This document shows, one piece after another, positions 1-11,600 of a stretch of DNA of 64,000 nucleotides. The notes below the pieces were generated by a model, which worked only from the letters and a program-made list of their open reading frames with translations, was not told where the DNA came from and did not search any database. Every line of letters begins with the position of its first letter. Within the stretch, counting starts at the first letter, position 1. The position numbers and the translations under genes were made by a program. The stretch spans positions 8,370,001-8,434,000 of the forward strand of contig OU015568.1 of the NCBI GenBank assembly GCA_907165135.1. The letters run 5' to 3'. This DNA is from Oikopleura dioica (Eukaryota; Animalia; Chordata).

Positions 1-17
1 AAATGAGAACACCGGAT

Positions 18-1281
18 AAGTTTCGAAAAATGTTTTCAGGCCAAAAATCACTTTTTAACTGTTAGTGCCATCTTCACCGCCGTCTCAAACCGAGTCGAAC
101 GGTATATGTCTGGCCTCGGAATCCTGTAAACAGGAACAGGGACAGGAACAGGGATTTTAGTTTTTGGCCCATTTGCAAAACAGGAAACAGGACAGGATAA
201 AATACACAGGAACAGGTCCTGTTTTACAGGTTTCACAGGTTTTGCAGGCCTGTAAACTCAAATTTCAGGGTTTTAATTTTTCCTTGAAGAATCAAAATGA
301 AGAATTTTTTCTCGTTATAATCATGTCTATAGACAGTTTCAACTATAAAAGGTTCTTTATAACATATTTGAAAGAAATTCCAAGAAAATTTTTACGAAAA
401 ATACCTTATCTTCCGAATTTCTCGCCTGTTTTCCTGCAATTTTTTACAGGCCTGTTTCAATTTTACAGGGCTGTCCCTGTAAACAGGCGTGTTTTCATGT
501 ATTTCCTGTATTTCCTGTTAACAGGCCTGTTTACAGGTTTATTTTGGTCTCGAAATGCAAGACAGGAAACAGGACAGGGTCCAAAAACAGGAAACAGGAC
601 CTGTTTCAGGTTTTTAGACAGGTCAGAATTCCGAGGCCAGGTATATGTATCGCTTGAAAATTCTAGAGTTTCGTGTACTTCCGGTCGAATTTACGAAATT
701 GTAGTATTCCACTGCCGTTTTTGATAAAGAAATGGTACTATTGCATATAGCATATCAAAATGACCGCTAGGACGTGAGGAGTGCAGGGTCTCAAAAAATA
801 AGTACTTTTGCAAAGAAAAGTACCTACTAATAATTATTTTGTGATTTTTAGCACTAAAAATATCAATTATTGTTTTTTCGGGCAGAAAGCATGATGGATA
901 ATCAAGTTATATCTCTTATAAATAAATCTACAAAGAAAACTACATTTAAATCGAAAATTTCTTGAAATTTGATATTTTTAGTGCTAAAAATCACAAAATA
1001 ATTATTTTTAGGTACTTTTCTTTGCAAAAGTACTTATTTTTGAGACCCCTGCACTCCTCACGTCCTAGCGGTCATTTTGATATGCTATATGCCATAGTAC
1101 CATTTCTGTATCAAAAACGGCAGTGGAATACTAGAATTTCGTAAATTTGACCGGAAATACACGAAACTCTAGAATTTTCAAGCGATACATATACCGTTCG
1201 ACTCGGTTTGAGACGGCGGTGAAGATGGCACTAACAGTTAAAAAGTGATTTTTTGGCCTGAAAATATTTTTCGAAAATCAT
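18..1281. mobile_element. Non-autonomous foldback/MITE with ~315 bp inverted arms, left arm interrupted by a nested MITE
   Basis: 21-109 plus 641-866 is the reverse complement of ~968-1276; 8-bp direct repeat CACCGGAT at 10-17 and 1282-1289; the extreme termini are imperfect. Confidence 0.75.
110..640. mobile_element. hAT-like MITE (531 bp) nested in the left arm of the element above
   Basis: TIR CTGGCCTCGGAAT / ATTCCGAGGCCAG; 8-bp TSD GTATATGT at 102-109 and 641-648; the uninterrupted right arm shows a single GTATATGT; internal ACAGG/CCTGT sub-repeats. Confidence 0.9.
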
Positions 1282-1329
1282 CACCGGATTGCTTGAAATA
1301 TTCATCACGTGATTAATTATTCAAGCGCT

Positions 1330-2105
1330 AGTGAGATATTGCATTCCGCGATTATCATAGTTCTACAAAATAAGACCCGACTATTCTTCATTTAAAATTC
1401 ACATTAGTAAGTGTGCGCCTGGCAAAGGGTGTTTCGCCAAGTTCCGTGTTTATTTCGAACACAAGCACCTTTCGTCAACTGGAGTACAAAACCAAAAGAA
1501 AGAAATGTGTGGATTACGAAAGGTCGAATGCGTATTTCGGCGCGATAAGCTCGAGCAGCTTCAGTATAAATATTTGCCAAGGCCGTGCCTGAGTAGCTCT
1601 TTAAATCTGTCCAAATTCGGGAGGTAGTGAAGAACTTGGGCAATCGTGGAGAAACAAACCGCGACGGGTTTTGCCTCGCTACGACCTTTTTCAGGCTCAA
1701 TTTATAATTATAAGTACATTACGTATGTATCGATAATTTGGGTTCATAACTTTTAAAACCCATAAATTTTGAACTGTCGTCAATTTTGTTCTTGATTGAC
1801 TAACGACCATCTTCCTAGAGAGGATCAATAAAAGCCAAAAAGAAACATTTTCCTTTAGAAAAAAATTGAGCCAAGTTTCCTTTGATGTCATAAATGCGGC
1901 GATAGCCAATTTCGCTGGAGATTGAGGTGGCGATTCCGTAGAGCGTATCAGTTGGAAAAGCAATCACTCCATCCTCGCTGAAATTGGCTCCAAAAGTGTT
2001 AATACAACATGATTTCAATATGCAAAAATATATAAAAGAGGATTGTACTGACACAGTAGTCTGAGGCTCAGACTCTGAGCGATATCCAAATACAGAAAGG
2101 TCCAT
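1330..2105 (-). CDS. YRDC: YrdC/Sua5 threonylcarbamoyl-AMP synthase (multi-exon; both ends uncertain)
   Basis: GVIAFPTDTLYGIA...RRIYDIKG joined to RSEAKPVAVC across a GA-AG intron (1686-1879); typical YrdC N-terminal motifs. C-terminal exons not resolved. Confidence 0.75.
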
Positions 2106-3076
2106 TCAAGGACAATCGATCGAATCATTATTGAAGTGGATTTTGACTCATTATCTTTGTATGCCCAATTTCCAGATAAATAATATTGTTTCTACGAATT
2201 GAAGTTATTCGATAGCCGAAAAATTCAATTCAAATGCGAAAATATAACCAAAGCTAAAATTACGTCATTTCGAAATAATTTTACTTTTTGTCTAGCCGCC
2301 AAAATTACGATTTCTGCGGCTAAAGTATTCTTACTCGTTCTATAATAATAAATCTCTATTTGAGTGGCTAGTTCTAGCGCGAAAAAGGGTGAAAACGAGG
2401 GTTAAAACTCGATCCTCTTAGTTTTTCGCTATTTTCCGGCCAATTCCTTAACATTTTCTTCGCTTTTTCCAAGTTGGCTGTAGCAGAGACCATTTTTCTT
2501 GTTTTATCTTTTCTCGATTTTGTTTCTAAAGCATTGAATTCTTGAAAAAAAAAAGAAGGAAAGCAACGAAACGAGAGAACTGGCAGCGCGCGATGAGTCA
2601 TAAAAGCGCGCGAGTCAGAATTGAAAATTGCGTGGGCGTTTTCAATTTTGTTTTATTACTTTGGCTTCGGGTACCTTTTGCAGGGTCGAAATAGCCTCGG
2701 GCAAATTATAGCGACATTACACGATCTTAGTAGAAAAAATAACGCTAATTAATTTTAATTATTAAATACGATCACCTACAAACAAGATCTTAGGTACTAA
2801 GTAACTCATTATCATTACTAAGTACAGCAGTTTTTTATTCTATAATTTTTATGATCTAGTAGGTTTTTATGACCCTTCTCGGCGAGGGTACCCTTATCAA
2901 TATTTGAGCCCCCTTCATGAATTGCTAAAACTTGTCTCAATATTAAATTGCTTGAGTTGAAATCTACTCAAATCTCAATTGAATTTTTAACAAAGCAAAA
3001 GTTACTTTCAATTACTCGATTACTAATTGACGCGAAATTACTCTCAATTTAGGAGGAAATTTTATATTTGCTGACA

Positions 3077-5353
3077 TTATCTCCCTGTTTCAAATTTCGA
3101 CCCGTTCCAGAACTGACCAGCAGAGTAGCAAAACCTCCTCAGAGTTTGGTCAAAACTCTTCGTGTCGATCGGGAGGTCTGTTTTCTGAGTGATCGCGAAA
3201 ACAGCTGCTCTTCGAAATTTGCCTTGGGCCTGGACCATTTCAGCCATTGTTTGAAGAATAAATGCGTCTTCCTTTCGCTCACTAGAAGTTTGAATAAATT
3301 CTGAAGCCCCTTTTAACCCAAACTGACCAGAAAGCAATCGAATGCGGAAAAGCAACGAGCGCGCTTCCATCTACCATCGTGGTCGCTACGTCGTCGATGC
3401 TCTGTAAACCGAGCGCGCTCATGAGATCGCGCTTTCGCCCGATCGGCGGCTCCTTGTTTTCAAGAAACCGGATGATCGACTTTCTTCTCCTGTCAATTTC
3501 AGCGTCCGATTCGGCCGGACCAGCGAAGATGCCGGCACTGTTGCTGCCAACTAAACGATCGGGGTCGGTCTTTGGGGTGAAAGAAGACGAGTTGTCGTCT
3601 TAGAGGGATGAATTCTCGCAAAAAACTCAAGAAATCTCCAAACGTCAGAATATTCTAGAACGTCTATTTTGTTTAAAACCAAAAGCATAAAAACATCCGA
3701 AAAATTGACTTTTTCCTCCTTGTTTTCAAGCTAAAATAAACCTTTACTTCTTGACAATAGACATTTATAAGAGTTTAATTGTTATCTAATAAAAAATCAT
3801 CCCAAAACTTGTCCGTTCTGACCCGGATGTCCTTGGAAAGTATCGCCACTGAGTCGCTCCATTTTCACCTGTGGATGTCCATTGGTAGTTCCATTCGATT
3901 GATTTGCGCTAGTCTCATCCCTTCTCTCTAGTTTTACTTCGACGTTCGCTGCCTGGGGCTGTCGATTCTGAAGTGGCGGAGAGCGTAAACCCCTTGGCGC
4001 GCGCCCGGGGGATCTAGAAGGACTCTTCGAAAGCGTCCGGCGACGCAGGGCTTCTGCCCGTTGAGCCAGGCGATTTGAAAGTTCCTTTTCAAGGGCATAA
4101 AAAATGAAAACATATTCTATGAAAAACATGGTATTTTCCTTGTCTAGCAGACGGACTCATGTAACTCATCATTTTCGCCCATTTTCCTGCGTGAGTTCAT
4201 TATCAACTGGCTCTCCTTCTGGAACCAGAAGCAGCCAATTTTGAATTTGACCTTCTGTCTTGGCCAGTTTCGCCACAGTGTCCCTTTTAGTCACTGGGAT
4301 TTGCACGTTTGGGGCGAGGAGTTCATTCAGTGCCGAGATGACCTTATCCCTAGCCATGTCGCTTCGCTGATCTCGCTGGTATCTGATGCATCCTTTAAGA
4401 GTAAAGTAGCCTCGAACCGCCCAGCAGAGAATTTTCAAATTGTCGTTCAGATCCTCTTCCGAGTAGTCGCCGAATTTGGCCTTTAGATGAGAATAGCTCG
4501 CTGCCTGTCCGTCCCAAAGATATTCCATCAATTTGTCACGCAATGCTCGATCGTACTCGGAGTCTTTCTTCGTCTCCTTGTGGGACATATTTTCCAAATA
4601 CGCTTCGATCGGCGCGTACTCTTGATTCTTCACATGCGCTTCTGAAGCATCATAGCTTTCGTTCAGCGTTTCCACCGGATAAACAGCCAGATTCTTCCAA
4701 GCCTCTTCCTCGACTTCTCGTTTGTGCGAGGTGAATGTTTTAACGGGCGCGTGAGAAGAGGCCGTTTCTGTTCGGTTAATTCGAACTCGAATCTTTTGAG
4801 TTGAGCTGGATTCGTCGTCAGAGCTGTCACCATCTTTGTTGTCAATCTGAAAGTGATTTTTTATCAAAAGAGGATTATTATTTCTTTTACCATTTTGACG
4901 GCGCGATCCATGTAGCCGAGACTAGGGCGTAGCTGGAAAGTGGTCCGAACGGGAAATAACACCAGTCGGCCGTTTTTCACCACTCCGGCGAGGTAGTATC
5001 CCTTTGTCGCTGTTTCACTGCCTTTGAGTCGGATATGATCGTACTTCCTACAACGAATTGAAGCTTTCTTTTCGAATGGGAAGACTTTACTTTGAGCTGA
5101 AGTACTTATTGTCCGCATTTGTTCGCAAACTAGAGTCCTCTGGTCCATCAATTGTTTCTGCCATCATTTCCGCTCTATCTTCATCAATATTCGGCCCAGA
5201 ATTCGTCAGTTGTTCTGTCACCTCGAGAACCCTCGTCTCCGGCTTGATTCGTACATTTCCATGGTCTACTCTTCGATCCCTCTGTCGACCGACGTACTGA
5301 GTCAGGGTCAGCTCATCGTTAGTTCTGACTACGACTGGTATTTTTATACCCAT
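3077..5353 (-). CDS. POLR3E: RNA polymerase III subunit RPC5 (Sin-like), multi-exon
   Basis: YYLAGVVKNGRLVLFPVRTTFQLRPSLGYMD and EEEAWKNL match the RPC5/Sin_N pattern; ORFs 5087-5566, 4864-5151, 4169-4867, 3797-4129 and 3077-3370 chain on the minus strand. Confidence 0.85.
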
Positions 5354-5670
5354 TCTGAAAGAGAAAATGTTGATTCTTCTTTTTGAACATTGGTGGCCAA
5401 AGGCGAAAGTATTGAAAAAAAAGTTAGAACTGCAGAAATAGGTAAAATAGATAATTATAAGTTGTTTTGTCAGAAGCTTGAAATGAAAATTATCAAAAAA
5501 TATAGAATACTTTGAATGAAAGAAACGAACTGAAAAGTTAAGTATTGCAGAAAGGAAAGAAAGCATATTTGAATTGTAATAAATTATACTTTGATACGAA
5601 GAGCAAAAGCGAAGAAGTAAAATTGTAAACTTTGAGATTCGATTTGGATACTTTGAAAGGTTGAATTGTT

Positions 5671-8600
5671 TTACAATGTAACGATGAGCTCAAACGGATT
5701 GGCAAACTCGACATCTCCTTCTTCCAAATTCACCCGTTTCATGCCTGAAAGTCCGGTTTTCTATTGACAAAAATGGGTTGAGAAAAACCTTTGTAAGAGG
5801 ATCCATCGATGGAACTGATAGATGAGTCATGCTCGGAGGTACTCGTCGATGTTTTCTGTACAAGTCTTCTTAGCGAGAGAATAGGCAGTCGCAGGTCGCC
5901 CATAAACAGCGGCATCAAGTCGACTTTAATTGACTGCAGGAGGTTATGTTCTGCACCAAAGTGCATCACTCCCGACGTCAAACCAGATATTCCCCAAGCG
6001 GAGCGATCATCAGCAATGTGCCAGCTGATCGCGTCCGTTTCCCCTCGTTCTGTCGGGTAACAACGCTTGACTTTGATTGTTAGTGGCAGCAGACCAGTAA
6101 TATCGTCCAGTTTTTCTGTTTCGTACTGAAGGAAATTTTGATTTTTCGCTAGAATCAAGCTCGTTTTAATATTATTTTTGGGCGAAGACAACTAAAAATG
6201 TTGAATTCGGAGATCTTCATAGAGGAAAAACTCTCAAAAATCGCGCGTATTTACGATTTACTCGTCAAGTTTGGAGAAAAGGTCGATATCTTCGATGAAA
6301 ATGTTGGAAACTACGAAAGCGGAGTCATCAAATCATCGGAATTTGGAATCTTCGACGAGATGATAAAAATAATCGAAGAGGATATTGAATCAATTAGATT
6401 GCTACAGGAAAATTTGACTGAAGAAACAAGTGATAAGCCCGTGCATTTTGTGGATGAAATAGCGGCAAAAATAGAAAAAAGAATCGAACAACAACATTTT
6501 ATTGTCATCCATGAGATTTTTACAAGACATCTGGCGAAATTCATCGCAGCAAAAAGCCTCCTCGACAGTTTTGAGAAACCAAATGGGCCGGAAGAGTATT
6601 CTATTTATGAGGACGAAGATCCAAATATGAAGAAACTTGAGGATAAATTAGGTTTGGGCCGAAATAAACAAGTTTTTTAGTCTTATTTTGGACCCAAGAT
6701 AAATAAATGCCAGCCTTGAAAAGATTTAACTCTGGAACTATTCATGAAACTCAACGCATTGGAAAAAGAAAGCAGCATGAGATTGACCCGAATTGACGAT
6801 GTCTGCGCAAATACAATTGCGTTTACTGAAGCTGGAAACGAGTTCCTCGAAAAGGCGCTTGACGACAAACACAGTGCCGACGCAAAGAAGTTTTTATTAT
6901 TTTCCTCAATGGCATTTCTCTTAATCGGACTTATTGGATCTTCTGTTGCGCTAATTGCATCAACTTTAAATGCTGCGACGAAATAAATTATTATGAAGAA
7001 AATTTTTTGTTAAAATATTTTTTGGTTAATTTTACCTGAACTCGGTACATGGGCTTGAGGCAGTTGAGCATTTCGTAATGTTCATACTTGTAGACAATGT
7101 CTTCTGCCTCAAGTTCGAAGCAAAAAACAAACTCGGAAATGGCAGCGGAAGGGGAGGGCGAGGAGTGGGGCAGTTGCCAAAGGTATTTGAATCCTTGGCT
7201 TGGCAGGAGTTGGAAGTCATCTGTTAAATTGAGCGATTTAAGACATTTGGCTGAACGAAAAATGAACGGTCGTTGGATAAATAGGGACTTACGGGAAGGA
7301 TCATTGTCAGAGAGCAAGCGAGCTACAGAAGATTTGATAGACCAAGGGCAAGTAGAGCGGTTTTGAATGTTGAGCGACAGAAATTTACTATAGGTAGAAG
7401 CTTTGATGACAAACGGGAGCATGAAATTGAGATTGAACGTGTTGTGCTTGGCAGATGATTGGAGTTCGATATTCACGTGGTGTTGTTTGATGTTATTCCC
7501 ATTACCGCCGGCTCCAGTGCCGTCTTCTTCGTCCTCGGAAGCGCCTTCTTCTTCAATTAAAGATCCCGTGTCAGAAATGAGTCCATTAAAATCAGACTCG
7601 TCACAGTGAAGAGGGCACCTGACCTCGAGCGAGAAGGAAACTTCAGATCTCTTCGCAGCAAAGGGGATTTGCAACGTCATCTGATTCGACCATCGTTCCA
7701 AGTCGACGATATTCTTTTGGGTGCATTTGCTACTCGGCGTTTTTATGTTCATCGCGACTTTTTCTGACAGAACTTTTAGTCCTCTCGAGACGATGACTGT
7801 TATGGTCTCATTTTCCAGCGGTCTGGAGCCTACAAGAATTGAAAACTCCAGAGTACTCGACACGCCGGCGTAGAGTCGTTCGTTTTGAAGATTCATCGTT
7901 AAAACCGGCTCACTGTCCATGACTTCGATGTGTACTGGCGGATCGAGTTGGCTGCTGATCATTTCTGCTCGTGCACCATCCAAATCATAAAAAAGACAGA
8001 GGCGGGAGATACTGTAACGGCCTGCTGTGGAAGAATCCACATCGAACTCGAGTTTGTTAGCACCCTTCAAAAGGTTGACTTCGCGGGGATTCGACCTCAA
8101 TGATGGTGAAGGAAAAGACGGTTGCTCGATCATTGATGTTGAACGGAGGCTCTTTCCTTTCTTGCTCCTTATTCTTCGCAGCGCAGGGGAAGAAATGCCT
8201 ACCATTCTAGTCCTCTTCGACCTTTGATCGACGTGTGCAAAGTATCTCAAGTCAGGACCAGAGACACTCTCGGTATCGTTGAATTGAATCAGATTGTTGT
8301 GCGTGAAAAATCCATCGTCCGACGATTCATTTGACGAAAATCGACCGATCTGTGCAAAGTCCATTGGGTTCCCCGAAGTTGCGTAAGAAGCTGGCAAGGA
8401 AATCGCAGTGCTTGCTTTGCCAACAGAGAAGACATCGACCATACTGTTGCTGGCAACACTTGGCGTTAGCATTGAGAAATCACGGTTTGCCTCTTGCGAC
8501 ACCTCCTCCAGCCAAACTTCTGCGGTTATCTGCCCTAGATCGAATAAACAGTACAACTCAAATTGGATTTTCAACTGATCTTTGATGTCCACCCTCGACG

Positions 8601-11600
8601 ATGGAGTACAATGCGCCCAGAGCGGTCGGCTGATTTGTTCCAATGGATATTGCAGCGTTTGCGCGCTCTGTACGTCGCTTATTGTTTCATAAAACATTCG
8701 GAAATAATCGTTCGAAGCTGCCGACATGGAATAATAAACAGACGCTTCTTTGACAAGATTGCCAGTTGTTTTGTGAACTTCAACGAGCTCCCTGCTCACA
8801 AGCTGGACTTTTTCGAGTTTTGCATGTAAATATTTAAAATGACAACGAAAGAAGTGTATTTCATAAATTTCCAATTAGTTTAACTCTGACCTAAGTGAGA
8901 CCATTTATCATTCTGAAAGAGTTCCAGCAACTCGAGAAGAAGTTCTTCTGCTTTATCAAAGTTTCCCCGGCGGCAATGAAACTTTGCAAGATCGCGCCCA
9001 ACTAAGATGCCAGTTCTAACACGCCCAACTCTCTTGAACTCGTCCATGGTTTTTGAGCAGACGTTCAAGTAGAAAGCTTCGAACTTCGAGGGACTTGAAA
9101 GGGCCATTTCCAGTCTACTGGTAATTTCCTGGCGGCCAGCAGCCAGGGATTGTTCGCCATTTCCATTTGGGTCGTCAGGGCTTTTCTTTGGGTAAACAAT
9201 TGTAATTATTATAAAGTGCTCTTTGTTGATTTCAAACGAATATTTCTAATTGAAATTTCGAAAATGAAATCCAGTCTTAGTGTCGTTATTCATAATTTAT
9301 CGTTGAAAATTTCAAACAAATGACAGGTTTTTTTCACCCATTCCTTTCCTGATCGGATTCGACCGCTAAGCTGACAAACCCAGCAATCAAGGGTTCAATG
9401 TCCTCCACCGCTGGGCTACCCTCCGCCAGTCCAAGAGCATCCCCAAGCTTAAATAAATGCCCGCGAGCAAGATCCAGCAGGGCAGCGCCATTAGTAGTGA
9501 TTCTAGTGTGGCCATCCGGTGTTAGCGCATCCGCACGTTCCACCAACTGGAAGGCGGAAAAGCCAGCTAGAACCGCCCAAGTCCGAATAAATTGCGGCTT
9601 GATTGTGGTCAAACTGCTGAGCTCCTGGAACGTGCCAGACACGTATACCAACGAGGCTTTCGCTAATTCCTCATGAAGCTGAAGCTGGCTTAGCAAACGC
9701 GCACGCCGCGAAAACAAGTAGTTCCGCAAATCTAACAAGCTCGCCGTTCTATTCGCGATTTTCTCCACTTGCTCCAGCGTGTAATTTGGCTCCAGCTGAA
9801 ACGAGTCCCACCGTGTGATATCGCTTTTGAGCAAGTTCGAAAGCCAGTGAGGTCGTGCACCCACTATTTTTATAATGAAAACTCTGATCTTATTGCTAAT
9901 TAACTTACCTTTTGCATTTTCAAGGTACTGTGTGAGCATTGCATCCAACTCATCATACTGTATCAGTGCGTCAGAATACAAAGCTAATTAATGTTGATAT
10001 AAAAATAACTCGAGAAAGATTTACCAAGAGATTCATAAAGAATCGCAGCTTCTTCTTGTAGCAAAAAGAACTTGCAAAAGTCCCATTCCTGCGAGTTCCT
10101 GGACTCCCTTTCAACCCTGACCGCATTGAGCAGCTGCGTAAATGCAATTTCCACATGTGTAAGGGTCAAGTCGATGATTCTATCGCACAGCGTCGCCCAA
10201 GACTAAACACAAACAGCTCGACTCTTGTCTTTTCATAATCAACAAAAGGCTCAGCAGTGGTGAATTCATTCATTATTCTCTCTTTCATAATAAAAAAGGA
10301 AAGGAAGAACGGGCTTTACTCATTGCGAATTTTGGTGTTTAGTTGAGCCCGCCCTTCGGGCAAATGACATAAAAAAGACGCTAGTTTTTGGGTGATCTTA
10401 GAGGTTTTATAACTCAGCGAGCGGCCTTGATGCTAAATAAGAGAGAATGAAGTTGTCCAGAGCCGGTTTTGGCCTCATCAGGAAAGAGGTTAACCCGACG
10501 GTGACGGGTAAAACTTGGCCAGTAACTAGAATCGATCAAGCGTTAACCTCAAAACAGCGTGCAAAGTAGCACTTTTGAATGTCCATCCTGGTGCGAATGC
10601 CCCAGGGATAACATCGCCAAATGTAACGAAATTCCCGATTTCAGCTGGACTTTGGTCAGTCAGATACCAGAGTCGACAACTCATTTACAGCTCAAAAGCA
10701 ATGGAATCAAAGAACTGAACGCAAATAGTTTTGAGTCACTTGAAAATCTAGTGTATTTGGACTTGGATGGGAATAATATAGGAAAGGTTTATCGGCACAG
10801 CAACGATCTTCAAATTAATTGGCATAATCGTACTAAGAATTTTTTATGAGCGTTGCAAATCGCCGTAAACCTGTCTTAGCTCACATCGATCAAGCAGCTT
10901 TTAGCCCTCTTTTGGATCTTAAAATTTTATGGCTGTCAAATAATGCAATCACAGAACTGCCCGACGATGTGTTCTACGACAACGAAGAACTCGAACAAAT
11001 CAATCTCGCCGAGAACCAGCTCGAATACGTCCAGCGACTTATGTTTGCCGATTTAGAAAATCTCAAAGCGATCTTCTTGAATTCGAACAAATTGAATTTC
11101 ATCCACGCTAATGCATTCGAAACGAATGAAAAGGTGGAGCGTTTATTTCTTCATGGGAACAGGTTAGCGGCTTATCCTTGTGATTAATAATAACAATAAA
11201 CTAATAGGCTCACAACAGTTGAGACTGGGTGGTTTGCTGAGCTCGACAACTTGAAAGAATTATACTTGGACGGAAATCAAATCAACTGCAACTGCGGAAT
11301 TCAGAAGTTCATTGACTTTGCTAACGAAAAGAAGCTTTGGGACCTGATGGATAATAACATGCCTACTTGCTCAGGACCCGTCGGCTATGAGCGCAGAAAA
11401 CTTACGGAATTACAGAAAGATGAAATTGTTACTACATGTTCTGAACCTGTAATTACCAGTGACATTCACGAGGTTACCGTGAATTTGAATGAAGATATAA
11501 AAATTCCGTGTTTTGCGCGTGGCGAGCCGACCCCGGATATAAGTTGGTTCTTTACGAGTGCGTCTGGGCCCGAGAAAGATGTGGACGTGGGCACAGATGG

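Noticed and set aside
2374-2601. 75-aa minus-strand ORF upstream of YRDC
   Set aside because: No recognisable motif and no convincing exon chain; left unannotated.
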